Origin: a virus | Lineage: Duplodnaviria; Caudoviricetes | Strand: one strand, 5' to 3' | Length of the DNA stretch: 52,221 nt | IMG/VR virus record: IMGVR_UViG_3300027986_000317 | Location: 1-52,221 of that record | Shown here: piece after piece, positions 20,301 to 27,555 of the stretch | Layout: each line of letters begins with the position of its first letter | Position numbering within the stretch: position 1 is the first letter of the stretch | Position numbers and translations under genes: made by a program | The notes under the pieces: generated by a model | Told to the model about the DNA's origin: nothing | The model's input: the letters and a program-made list of their open reading frames with translations, nothing else | Databases searched by the model: none

Positions 20301-23300
20301 TTCGGGAGTCCAGTTTTTTCGTTTGTGAGGAGCGCCCGCGTCTTCTCCTCTGGAGTCATTTGGTCGACGCGCTTGCGCAAGTCGGAATTCTGCCGCCGCT
20401 CCGCTGGTTCCTTTTCCAGTTCATCCACATGAACAACCTCTGTGGGCTGTTCTTTGGGCTTGGCGGCCTCTTTTGGAGCTCTACCTTTCAGTTCCTTGGG
20501 ATCCACATGGAATGCCGCGCCAAAAGAATCAAGTGGGCTCGGCTCCGGTCCCAGGGCGAGAGTCGCCTGTCCCGGCTTGTCCGCTTTCGCGTCCTGGGTG
20601 AACTGGTGGATGGCCTTGCGTACCACCTGCGCCGGCTCACCAAGCGTCTTGATGAGCGCGTCCACGTCCGGCGTCCGACCGCCGCCAAAGAGTGCTCCTT
20701 GCCTGAGAAAATCGCTCACGCTCAGGTGCTTCTCCGCCATGTCCGCGTGTGCCGCCAGCGCCTCCTCCAGCATTGGAAGAATGTTGTAACCATCATCACG
20801 CGTAGCCAGATAAGCAATGTCCATCAGACTGGAATCCAGCTTCGCAAGCGTGCCGGCAGGAATGCGATCCAGAAGATCTGGATCCGTGATGTACGTCCCG
20901 CGCAGTATCTTGACAACCAGATTCTTTCCGTCGTCTGTGATAGCGCCGTGGGCATCCAAGTACTGCGGCCGCTCTCGTTCACTTATGGCCCCGTCTTCCA
21001 CCAGCCGCTGAATCACCTCGTTGCCGCGATCCCGCAATACTTCCCTCAACGTTGCATCTGGGCCAATCTTTTCCGCCATGTCCTGAATTGCCTTAAGCGT
21101 GGACTCGCTAACTTTTTTGGCCGCGCTCACGGCCTTCTGACTGGCAGTCAGCGCGCCAGTTTTGCTGCGGTTTAACTCGGAAGCAATGCGGTTGGCTTCC
21201 TCGATCGTTGCGGGTGGCTTGTCCAACACTCGCACCAGAGCAGGCTTCTTAAAGCCGTCAACATCTTCAGGTTCGTAACCAAATTGATGCGCGTGTTCCT
21301 TCAGCGCCTGCTGGTAAGGTGTCTGCCTCTCGCCTTTGTGCTGGGCATACATCCGCTGAATTGTCATCATCCGCGAGTTGCCACCGAGAACAACGGCCCC
21401 TGGTTCCAAAACGGGAGGCCCGTTCACAGCATCCGGATTGGTGTTTACCAGATAGTCGAACTGGAAATCATTGGTCTGATTTTCAACCCGCGCTTGAGCT
21501 TCCTTGTCACTGTGGTATGCGCGCTCCTGTACCCCAGACGGATAATCCATGTTTTTGGCGAACGTCAGAGCGTGGTGAGAGGTAATAGGCTTGTCGGCTT
21601 CGACCAACTGATAAGTAGCGGGCAGGGAGCCGTTATCCAACTTCACATTGGTCTTTGCGCCGGATATACCCGGCAATTGTTTGCCGCGAGGAAATGCCCC
21701 TTCCTCTTCTTTTGCTGCTTTAGTCCCTATGCCATTGCGCTCTTTGAACCTGTCCAGCGCCTCTGTGTTGATCTTCTTCGCTTCGGCATGGGCCTTGTCT
21801 CTGGCCGCCAGGTCTCCCGCCAGCTCCGCCTTCCGTCCATCCGTATAGTGCCGATGGCTCTCGTCTGTGACTTCCTGAACCTCACGTGGAACAATCTGAA
21901 CCTCTGCGGTTGAACCATTCGGCATCTTCACTTGCACATTCGCGGACGGATACCCGGCTAAGTCCGGCCTGCCCTCCAAAAACTTGTCTTCCACCGACAC
22001 CACGTCCATGTGCTTCTTCATCTCCGCAATCAACTGGTCTTTCGCCTGCGGTGAGTCGGCAGCGATCTGCGCGGCAAGATAGTCAGCGATGGTTTTTGGT
22101 GGCTTATCGTCTTGTTCCACCTTCTCGTCCACGCGCTTCATATTCTTCTGTGGACGCATCCGGTCGAAGGTGATTCCCGGAACTGAGGCGCTCAATTGCG
22201 AAAGCTGCGTTGCCAAAACGGGAGCGGCTTCCCCGGCAAGACGCTCGTTTTGCATCTCGTCGTTACTTGGCTGAACTATAGTCCGGCCAGATTCCTTGTC
22301 TTCATCCCCGATCCTTTGCACCGCCGCGTCACTGACCGGCTTCGGCGGCTGAGCTAAGGCCGCTTCGTTTTCCGGTGTCTCTTTCTTCACCATCACCAGA
22401 GGCTCTTGCCCTGGCACGAGCTGCGCTTCCTGCGCAACCTTCTCCACTGCGGGAGAGTCCTGGGTCATCTCCCGGCCCATAGGCTGCTTGTCGCCCTCTG
22501 TGCCGGAAACCGGAGCAGTAGTTGGCAAAACTCTTTCGCCCGGAGCGTCTTCCCGTAACCATTCAGGCCTGGCCAGGACTTCACGCGGTTTACTTTGCTC
22601 TGCCTTGGAAACAATTCCCTCGGCGGCCATTCGATCAATCAAATTCGCGGCGACTCCATAACCAATTCTCAGTCGTCGCTGAAGTAAGGAAGTAGAAGCT
22701 TTGCCGAAATCTACAACCAGTTTGACGGCCTGCTTATACGTGTCATCAGCGCCCGCTGCTGGCTGCTGCTGAGGCGTTTGCGCTACGGATGGGGTTTGAG
22801 TACCTTCCGGCCCAGCAGCCCCCGTCTGTGGGCCATTTTTACCGTCAACTACCCCCTCAACTGGAATTGTTCCACGTGGAACAATTGGTGTAGTTTCAGT
22901 AGTTTGAACCGGAGTAGTTACTTGCGCCGTCTTGTCCTGCGTGCTAGTCGCTCCCAGTTGATCCACATCTACAACCTGCGGCCCACCGGAGGAGCGCTGA
23001 GCACGCGCCAAGGCTGGCTGCTGCTTTTGCCTTTCCTTTGTCTCCTTTTCCGCCGCCTTCTGGGAGTCTTCTCGCGCCCGGTCCTCAGCTTCGACCTGAT
23101 CGTTGATGAACTTAGAAGCAAGGTTCTTGGCCTGGCCTGGGTTGGCAACCGTGTGGACCTTCCCATCTGGTCCGACGAACGTTCCCCGGGTCATGATCCA
23201 CTTGGTCAGATTGGCGTGCGCTTCCAGCATTGCCTTTGTGCGTGCCTCTGGCGGAAGCTGCAACACAGTCGTGGTAATGCCCTGGACCACTTCCGGTGAA

Positions 23301-24673
23301 AGATGATTCTCCGGCCCCTGCGATCCCGGTACAGGAGGCGGAGGCTGGTACTGCTTGTTTCCCGCCGCTTGCTCTAACTCAATCAGAGCTTGCGCGCCTT
23401 CCTGTGGGGCCGGGGCAGCTTCAGGCGGAATCAATTCAGGCGGCTTTTTGCCGGCAGCAGCCCCACCGCCGCGGGGAATATTTACCTCGAACTGTGTGCC
23501 GCCTACGCGTACTCGCCCGGTGTAGACGTCAGGCGTTTCTGCCACGCCAGCCCGCACCCGGCCACCAAACATACTGGCAACACCGAACCTCCCTTGCGGC
23601 GTCTCAAGCGTTGATGTTCGCAATCCAGAGAGCACTCCAAATGCTGAAGGGACGAAAAAGAAGAGCTGCCTTCCAAGTTCTTCCGCTTCCGGCGACACAT
23701 GCCCATGCAAAGCGTCGCCACCGCCTTCGCTCAGCGCCATGCCAAACGCGATCGCGCCTGCCGTGGCGATCGGCTTGCCGATGAGGGACGCTGGCAAGGC
23801 TACCGTTCCCAGGCGTCCTGTACCCTCCAGCACTTCTGCCGCACCCAGCATCTTTTGGCGTGATTGCTTCTTCTCATCCTCCTCAGACATCATGCGGACA
23901 GGTGGCCCAAACGGATCCTTGGGATTAACTCCGTACACAGGCTGGTCGTTATCGTGGATGCGCGAAAGTCCAGTAGCCACAGGCTCTGCGCCACTGGCGA
24001 TCCACATCAGCGGGTCTTCCAAAAACGAGGATGCCTCGGGAACGGCTTTGTCCCGATATACCTGTCCTGTCTTGGCGTTGATACGTTCCTCCTGGAACGC
24101 ATAAGGATCAAGCTCTGTGCTGGCGCTGCCTGGAGGCGCAAGTGTGTGGCCGGCAGCTTCTTCCGCCGTGGCGGTAGCTTCCGGTTTCATCGGCGGCTCA
24201 AGTCCGGCACGTACATTCTGTTCGTAACGCCGCTGCAAGACAGCACGATTGCGCGGAGTGAGCGAGGCTGTAAACTGCTCGCGCCCCGCTGCCGTGGTTT
24301 GATCTGCCGTGGGCTGCGGTGAAGATGCCGGAAGGCCGGTAGGCTCAGGTTCACGCTCGCGGTCCAGAATGGTCTTAACAGCCTGATCACTGGGCCAAAT
24401 TCCGGGAGTTTTCTCAACCGGAACTCCATGCCGAAATGTGCGCGTGTCTCCCGTGGTCTGGTTTTCTGGATAGGCCGCGATGTTCTTCAAGGCAACGGCT
24501 TGCTTGCGGTGAATGTCCTCCTGCTGCTCCGGTGTGAGCTGTGCAGGAGGGTTTGCAGCCGCTTTAGATTGCCCTCCAAGATCATCCGCAGACACCACTT
24601 GCGTGTCCTGCAAATCATCCACTGAAACAACACTCGCGCCTTGCTGGTCGTCGTTTACACCAGTCTCTGCCAT
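11327..24673 (-). CDS. Giant polyvalent (DarB-like) putative ejection protein, ~4450 aa
   Basis: FtsK-gamma wHTH (~22565-22750); RelA/SpoT-like (~21730-22250); DdrB-like ParB (~21150-21640); GGDEF (~19885-20340); N6-adenine MTase (LEPSAGNG, NPPF, ~18650-19500); Strawberry-notch SF2 helicase (GDGTGVGKG, DESH, SAT, ~15900-18135); wHTH (~14560-14780); helical C-terminal region. Follows the two smaller ejection genes. Confidence 0.92.
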   Translation of the reverse strand: MAETGVNDDQQGASVVSVDDLQDTQVVSADDLGGQSKAAANPPAQLTPEQQEDIHRKQAVALKNIAAYPENQTTGDTRTFRHGVPVEKTPGIWPSDQAVKTILDREREPEPTGLPASSPQPTADQTTAAGREQFTASLTPRNRAVLQRRYEQNVRAGLEPPMKPEATATAEEAAGHTLAPPGSASTELDPYAFQEERINAKTGQVYRDKAVPEASSFLEDPLMWIASGAEPVATGLSRIHDNDQPVYGVNPKDPFGPPVRMMSEEDEKKQSRQKMLGAAEVLEGTGRLGTVALPASLIGKPIATAGAIAFGMALSEGGGDALHGHVSPEAEELGRQLFFFVPSAFGVLSGLRTSTLETPQGRFGVASMFGGRVRAGVAETPDVYTGRVRVGGTQFEVNIPRGGGAAAGKKPPELIPPEAAPAPQEGAQALIELEQAAGNKQYQPPPPVPGSQGPENHLSPEVVQGITTTVLQLPPEARTKAMLEAHANLTKWIMTRGTFVGPDGKVHTVANPGQAKNLASKFINDQVEAEDRAREDSQKAAEKETKERQKQQPALARAQRSSGGPQVVDVDQLGATSTQDKTAQVTTPVQTTETTPIVPRGTIPVEGVVDGKNGPQTGAAGPEGTQTPSVAQTPQQQPAAGADDTYKQAVKLVVDFGKASTSLLQRRLRIGYGVAANLIDRMAAEGIVSKAEQSKPREVLARPEWLREDAPGERVLPTTAPVSGTEGDKQPMGREMTQDSPAVEKVAQEAQLVPGQEPLVMVKKETPENEAALAQPPKPVSDAAVQRIGDEDKESGRTIVQPSNDEMQNERLAGEAAPVLATQLSQLSASVPGITFDRMRPQKNMKRVDEKVEQDDKPPKTIADYLAAQIAADSPQAKDQLIAEMKKHMDVVSVEDKFLEGRPDLAGYPSANVQVKMPNGSTAEVQIVPREVQEVTDESHRHYTDGRKAELAGDLAARDKAHAEAKKINTEALDRFKERNGIGTKAAKEEEGAFPRGKQLPGISGAKTNVKLDNGSLPATYQLVEADKPITSHHALTFAKNMDYPSGVQERAYHSDKEAQARVENQTNDFQFDYLVNTNPDAVNGPPVLEPGAVVLGGNSRMMTIQRMYAQHKGERQTPYQQALKEHAHQFGYEPEDVDGFKKPALVRVLDKPPATIEEANRIASELNRSKTGALTASQKAVSAAKKVSESTLKAIQDMAEKIGPDATLREVLRDRGNEVIQRLVEDGAISERERPQYLDAHGAITDDGKNLVVKILRGTYITDPDLLDRIPAGTLAKLDSSLMDIAYLATRDDGYNILPMLEEALAAHADMAEKHLSVSDFLRQGALFGGGRTPDVDALIKTLGEPAQVVRKAIHQFTQDAKADKPGQATLALGPEPSPLDSFGAAFHVDPKELKGRAPKEAAKPKEQPTEVVHVDELEKEPAERRQNSDLRKRVDQMTPEEKTRALLTNEKTGLPNYRAFQEDREELAQTHQHVGYADLDDFKQFNTALGHYGVDTVVLPAVGDLIRDAIAREPGGSIRPYHRSGDEFLFLSTEPERVGRVAKRINDRLAEAVFTIKLPNGKTGEKKGTGLSYGVGKDEASAESAADRDKQSRKEAGLRTGERDKTGDAGLDTAGKHAPEPEPAGAARVQEQRPVSGPEQGLVETKLFRIIPQGANKSSFGVQEKATGRMLSMGHKSAGEALEKAKRMQEAQDEHLFAAEKESADDLTSSRTGAERLANSVYEALKQHRPIGNVTDLNRMAEEAFGSSRVSGEWTPKDAFDAMEGGVNKFLLERGKELMEMDVPGALATLRNIMERLPSQSVRTDEQVKNQQFSTPPTEAYVVARVAGLTPQDLVLEPSAGNGGLAIWAKAIGAETYVNEISPRRQAMLKMIGFDHVTSHDGELINALLGGDVKPTVIVMNPPFSASTMKAHDAPNRNLYGFNHVESALQRLADGGRLVTILGGGRNGFPNEGATFQNPAAARWFAKLGQKYNIRANVRIAGKEYQKYGTNFATRIIVIDKDGPTPSQTTAGQERTWATVKQGEYDTLEEAYNALSNVAETRPQLAGRRGGISLGQSESAAGLGANQGVGGAGDRGLSKREPETGGEVQPAGGPERPGRELGRDQSNPSSERVPLQQSGFQFEGRPEGGATPGTGGPNQDGRTERQIQFGQPAAEAQSELALERRESESHREEEDTSAYVAYKPSLKGPDHPGAIVETKTMATVPLPEISYRPALPDSVIKEGKLSAVQLEAVSIAGQQNEIILPGGFRGSALIGDGTGVGKGREAAAILWDNWRKGRRRLVWVSVNWDLMQDAMRDLNGIGAVELARNIKPLGKLAATAPIEHQGVLFTSYPLMRSEDKRGNTRIAQLKRWLVGNDEGEGGYVVFDESHMLKNAVAGAGGEPSQIGQIVKAFMQEVPKLRSVSLSATAATDVVNLGYLDRLGLWGPGTAFPNGFNDFAAQIGAGGMSAMEMVARELKAQGKYVSRTLSYKGVEYSEIQHEITPEQKELYRSAVKAWRLVSQRVEDSIMNTTNGGARAKSRFMSLFYASQQRFFNVLLTTLKIPTAVEQSNQALANGKSVVISLVNTNEAAQNREKNKYRDADDSDEIPDYDFGPGEMLVDLVREHYPTQQWKDDVDSAGNSIKVPAFITDEEGREIPLINPTAVKERDALVKELQQNLKMPANPLDILIEQLGGPNKVAEITGRKERYDEASGKFVSRGGAGVKRDDINKSEERAFQGGKKRVAILSSAGGTGISLHAGHDVDNQQRRFHITLQVGWSADRSMQMLGRTNRSNQKVPPEYALMKSNLGGENRFVSTIARRLGSLEALGKGQTKTNAGTEMMDKVNFETDQGRQAANSFYTQLLKNGPVPGTKLKGMQVLTDLGVLKPSDTGGMTVPPKDRTNVTRLLNRLLALDPDVQNAVYDYYYDIFEATVKQAVEDGKLDTGVKTMPGDRFKVNEQRVIGTDPQTKAQTFYYPIEAHEKTDRVSPKELEKSLIEYAPRNARVVRGKDGKLALLMDAKDIVHADGRSEKASYVVTPADGKPKKFPNAKLYGYQEISEWAKAQKEELEIAVHAAERDLKYAQQAVAKYSSDRWAQERVGSAERELAEKQKALADAHSALKEPLAAARQQWQEQYDQAPDHRTVEHHLIGGAVLRWWNPIREATGQFLNIYTAVDSDSGRRVVGVEVPGNEIEKLLSRISGNQSTVNARQLMTDVLHNGTRYELEGGIQVRRGRVSRNQVVQLIPPNANVGTRLKDLGVIYERGMQPVYYLPEGDKGHVAIRRVLKEFPAKVEAPEPQKTGEPSQPEPQKTRRTTDAITEHERAVLQRTPAGRGTDGITLLTHLVENGLHEDEANSTIARLVKRGWLNRIEDPEADGGRFARTPEGTEALKMGAAVRPSVDIADTLKQSLEKQRLVLQRKLKAPPTDKEIAQYYKPGMFVPSYGGGRDQVVEFHPATSAVYPNNRWSVDVIAVDKNGKPIPGERVRNHTTPPQLRELNQSFNFRQDIKEKIGQIDQQLKQGTTTASPSPPGSPPQNLAPTSRPESGGFSASEAKPDEDTIEARMAAEPSRTPGETIGSYSQRLQEHYDKLNTGTKKEPPDTTGFEPGTLRMALPIPIKSIQNFYTQDVAPVAKEVAGGLREIALKGAAILAPRTLVRSQDLDAAMRMKGKREEEAFRWERAVRGLQKMFDRMPDADKIDFMDRARTGQLQRTVKLDDALDFLRKSLEPLRTLERQYRPTLSDKENYFPTRWEVVPGSGKVKTQAKSGLRGRPLEGPKSFMKQQTLKDVSEGLQAGGKLISTNPVDHFRARIVEGLRFVTARQMFDEWLNEPYTIGAKGKIYHTAQYFKEGDWATARTMGYQQMDDPMFRVLFPAQSGEGLVKVGEYWVEENAHRILTNFLSYDWFKQSKVGRGIMWVKNQHTAWRLGFSPFHLITESILAAGSEAGRGFEHGWNQGVRHVLDRWITPKGKAASASDIGKAIIDGAITASKSGAAPFTLSREGGSIVRYIDDPISFLRTTRGRDFIKQYPEAQEMIHDLFTGGGRLTMDEGYRTHAVESLMQAAANHNYIGALLRTPFAANQLLQYPLFEMYIPRLKAGLFFRELGERFADRFEEMASGKLTRENLARQVWTQIDNRFGEINWSNRFWNSTFKTSLQLIFRALAWTEGNMRFTGSAIGGQAREFMESAKFLKDAATGSDTAKPGTTAIPRLDPMMARILGMALIGAVLHTLLQLYFTHEFPKDWKDVIAPRDGTDDSHGRSNRWVLPLVPFKDLFQLRESPINYAYSKLADPWTAIGETIHNRDFQGHLISHPGDPYWEQMFDKAVHGVGTPIGVGKFLEARKQGEPAGRAALGELGLSRVGKQAAMSAAERKMLEIQRSHYGQPIDEEQERIEQRQARQASGDYSPQEMGRMIRESMKDEFEAGMERFSLEEVQAVLDAADTEEEQMMISRILLKKQFGSRRTSY
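18187..18570 (-). CDS. Probable overprinted gene (127 aa) nested out of frame in the giant ORF
   Basis: GGAGGAGG-6 nt-ATG; globular acidic helical sequence; spans the Gly/Arg/Pro-rich MTase-helicase linker of the giant ORF. Confidence 0.6.
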   Translation of the reverse strand: MRSAMSQKRDHNLLDAGAESALGKVSPQLAWEQIKALVEQAIEVYPNESQKLVEKYSLPVDLSDLEENLEEISPIRAVNEFHYSNPDFNLKDVLKAEPLQALEALIKMDVQNDRFNSANLRQRPRAN

Positions 24674-24777
24674 AGTCAACTATATTGTCGTCTGGATAGT
24701 TATGGTAAGATGCTGCCAGAATAAACCGCAGATGCAACAAACGGCGGCGGAGCGGGCAACTCTGTCGCCGTACTTAT

Positions 24778-26547
24778 TTATCGGGCGCCAGTGGCCGGGC
24801 GCTTGGGTGGTTGGCTGGAGAGTTCGATTTTCCTATTTTGATCAATGTAGCTGATCCACTTCCCCTTGTTCGGTCCTGTCTGTAGCTGCTGGCCGAGCTT
24901 GTACACAGTTCCGTCGCCAGCCGTGATCGATGGCAAGCTTGGCTTGCTACGATCAATTTGTGATTTAGCCGGGGCTGTCTGAGTGGAAGTTCCGGCTCCC
25001 TGTCCACCGGACGCTGTCCCCTGGTTCCCCGTTCCCTGGTTTCTGCTTCTTTGCTGGATCACCTGCTGCCGCATTGCATCCATAGCGCCCTGCAGCTGCT
25101 GGATCCGCTGGTCCAGCCCAGCCAGTCCTTCTGTAGCAGTTTTCTTAAGTGCAGGGTTTGAGCTACCGGTTCCAGCCTGATACGTGGCGCGGTCCTCATT
25201 GAGCTTCTTCAGCTCGTTCTCTGCCGCCGCCCACTTCGGATTGCTCTGACGCAGGTTGGCCAGCTCGTTGGTAGTAAGGTTCGGATCGGAAGCGTCCGTT
25301 GAATGTGTCGCCAGGGCTGCGTTTATCTGCTCTGGGGTCAGGTCTTCATCATTGGCGATCTTGTTCGCCTTCTTATAGGCATCCAGCTTCAACCTTTGCG
25401 CACCGGTGAGCTTTGGACCGCTGCCGGTATGTATGTTGATCGGTTGGTTTTTCCGCTCCGCCATCGCTGCACGCGTGTAAGGCCCTGCCTGAATCAGCTT
25501 GCCCTTCGGATCGTACTTCGTGATCCCGTTGGCAATCTCCCACGTGAAGCCCTCATCGTTGCTCTTCGGCGTAACCGCCATGTCGCCGCGCATAAACTTG
25601 CCGCTCTTCTGATCGAAGCTGGGAGCCCCTGCCAACTGCTCTTTCAGGTCCTGCGCTTGCTGCCGAATGCTGTTCGTCTCGCCCCGCGCCTCGTTGGTCT
25701 GCTGCCGCGCTTCATTCACGTCCTGACCGGCCGCCGCGCGGATATCATCTTTGCGTGACTCTTCCTGATCCTTCCACGCCGTCTGCTCCTGTTTGTACTG
25801 GTCTTCCGCAGAGGCAACCTTGGCCTGATCTCCAGCGACCTCCCTTTGGCGTTCGTTTTCGTCCCTGTAGTACTGGGAATTAACCGCACCCTTGCCGTAG
25901 TAGCCAGGAGAATTCTTGTCGCCAAATGCCCCACCCACTACGCTGCCGATAGCCCTTGTTGCAGCTCCGCGAATCCCGCCAGAAGCCACTCCCTTCAGCG
26001 CATCAAGAAACGCCCGCCCAATGCGGCCACCCACGCCAATCTTGTACTGGTCGGCTGTCTTTCCCGTATCAGGATCGATTTTCGGTGTGACTGCGCTCTT
26101 GTTCCGCAGGTCCTCCTGCGCTTCTTTATAGCCGCTCGCCATCTGTGGCGCCGGCGCCGATGCTGGAACCGTGGAAAGATGGCTTGGGGGCCTGTCCTGT
26201 CCCACGCTGCCCATCCCGCTGGACATCATCTTCGTCAACTGTTGGGCTGCATTGGTTCGTGTCAGGCCCGGCGTAGCGCCACTTTGAGATGGTGCGGCAG
26301 CCGCTGCAGGCGGCCCGGCCTGCGTTCCCTGATTTGCGGTCTGGGCGCTCGCATCAGGAGTGACCCGCGAAGCGTCCATCATCCGCCGACCCACTCCGGG
26401 CAGAGGTGCAGCCATCGCATCAGGATTGGCCATCCTGCGCAGGAACATGCGAGCCTGGGGCGAGATTTCTGTAGTTAGCTCTTCGCCGCCAGAATCAGTG
26501 TCCTGGTCAGTCCCTTGGTCAAGCAACCCGCTGAAATCGTCTGGCAT
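24778..26547 (-). CDS. Putative DNA ejection / internal virion protein
   Basis: Q/A/G-rich, coiled coils, Gly-rich amphipathic segment; lies between the pilot-like gene and the giant gene; GGGAG RBS. Confidence 0.65.
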   Translation of the reverse strand: MPDDFSGLLDQGTDQDTDSGGEELTTEISPQARMFLRRMANPDAMAAPLPGVGRRMMDASRVTPDASAQTANQGTQAGPPAAAAAPSQSGATPGLTRTNAAQQLTKMMSSGMGSVGQDRPPSHLSTVPASAPAPQMASGYKEAQEDLRNKSAVTPKIDPDTGKTADQYKIGVGGRIGRAFLDALKGVASGGIRGAATRAIGSVVGGAFGDKNSPGYYGKGAVNSQYYRDENERQREVAGDQAKVASAEDQYKQEQTAWKDQEESRKDDIRAAAGQDVNEARQQTNEARGETNSIRQQAQDLKEQLAGAPSFDQKSGKFMRGDMAVTPKSNDEGFTWEIANGITKYDPKGKLIQAGPYTRAAMAERKNQPINIHTGSGPKLTGAQRLKLDAYKKANKIANDEDLTPEQINAALATHSTDASDPNLTTNELANLRQSNPKWAAAENELKKLNEDRATYQAGTGSSNPALKKTATEGLAGLDQRIQQLQGAMDAMRQQVIQQRSRNQGTGNQGTASGGQGAGTSTQTAPAKSQIDRSKPSLPSITAGDGTVYKLGQQLQTGPNKGKWISYIDQNRKIELSSQPPKRPATGAR

Positions 26548-26555
26548 AGTCTCCC

Positions 26556-27125
26556 TTACCCGGCGATTGCCGCTCCGGTGGACGCACCCTGAATCGCATC
26601 ACCGAATAACTGATCCAACAGGCCCGGTGTTTTCGCCGCTCCACCAGCTGCATTCAAGTTGCCCGTAGCCCCGCCAACACTGCTACCGTATAACCCCTCG
26701 TTGGCAGTGACAGGAAATTCAGAAAGCTGAAGGCCCTTCTCCTGGTACCCGGTCTCATCGTTGATCCGCTGTGCATCGGCCTTGGCCTGAGCATCGCCCT
26801 CATCCAGCGTTGCCTGCCGTGTGGCCGAAGAAACGATGTTTCCATAGTTGGCCGTGTTCTCACCGCTTCGCGCTCCACCGCGTTGCAGTTCGTTGCGAAT
26901 GCCGGCTGCATCGGAATTGGCGCGGGCCGCGTTGATGTTGCTCTGATCCTGTGCGAACTCACCCCCCGCTTTATACGGATCAGCAGCCATAAAGCTATCC
27001 AGATTGCTCTGGAATTTGCCCAAGCCGCTTTGCACGTTGCCGAATGCAGTTCCCGCATTCCCCATCAGGGTACTGTTGTTCTGCATGCCGGCATTGAACA
27101 CGGCGTTAGATTGTCCGCGACTCAT
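26556..27125 (-). CDS. Putative small ejection (pilot) protein, P22 gp7 / T7 gp14-like position
   Basis: G/A/N/Q-rich with Gly-zipper-like C-terminus; GGAGG RBS; gene order. Confidence 0.65.
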   Translation of the reverse strand: MSRGQSNAVFNAGMQNNSTLMGNAGTAFGNVQSGLGKFQSNLDSFMAADPYKAGGEFAQDQSNINAARANSDAAGIRNELQRGGARSGENTANYGNIVSSATRQATLDEGDAQAKADAQRINDETGYQEKGLQLSEFPVTANEGLYGSSVGGATGNLNAAGGAAKTPGLLDQLFGDAIQGASTGAAIAG

Positions 27126-27547
27126 CGAGCCTCCGTTGGAACCAGGCCCAGCATCCAGTGCTGGTAGCCAGTAGCGTCAAAGTGTGTTTCCTTCAGGTGT
27201 TGCTGCGGTGCGGTGAACTGAGGTGGCACATGACAGTGCAGCACCCGCGCTTTACTGGCCAACATAATCTGTACTGCCTCGTGCTGAAAACGCCTGACAA
27301 GTTCCATCGCCTGCGGATCTGCACCACCAAAGCAGATCTCAAGACAGCGCTCGATGTAGAAGAACTGCACCACACGATCATTTCTTTGCACTACCCAGTA
27401 CCCGAGAATTGCCGGGTTCTTCACATCTGGCAGGTCCATGGTCGCTCCCATGCGCTTCTCAATCTGCGCGTGCAGCTGCCGGATGCGCGGCATATCACTC
27501 TCCTCAGCCTCTCTCAGTGAGTAGACCGCCTGCCTGCGTTTGCTCAT
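27122..27547 (-). CDS. GNAT-like virion assembly protein (T7 gp13 / P22 gp14-like position)
   Basis: LREAEESDMPRIRQL GNAT-like start and HLKETHF end; lies between nozzle and ejection genes. Confidence 0.55.
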   Translation of the reverse strand: MSKRRQAVYSLREAEESDMPRIRQLHAQIEKRMGATMDLPDVKNPAILGYWVVQRNDRVVQFFYIERCLEICFGGADPQAMELVRRFQHEAVQIMLASKARVLHCHVPPQFTAPQQHLKETHFDATGYQHWMLGLVPTEAR

Positions 27548-27555
27548 TGGTTTGC

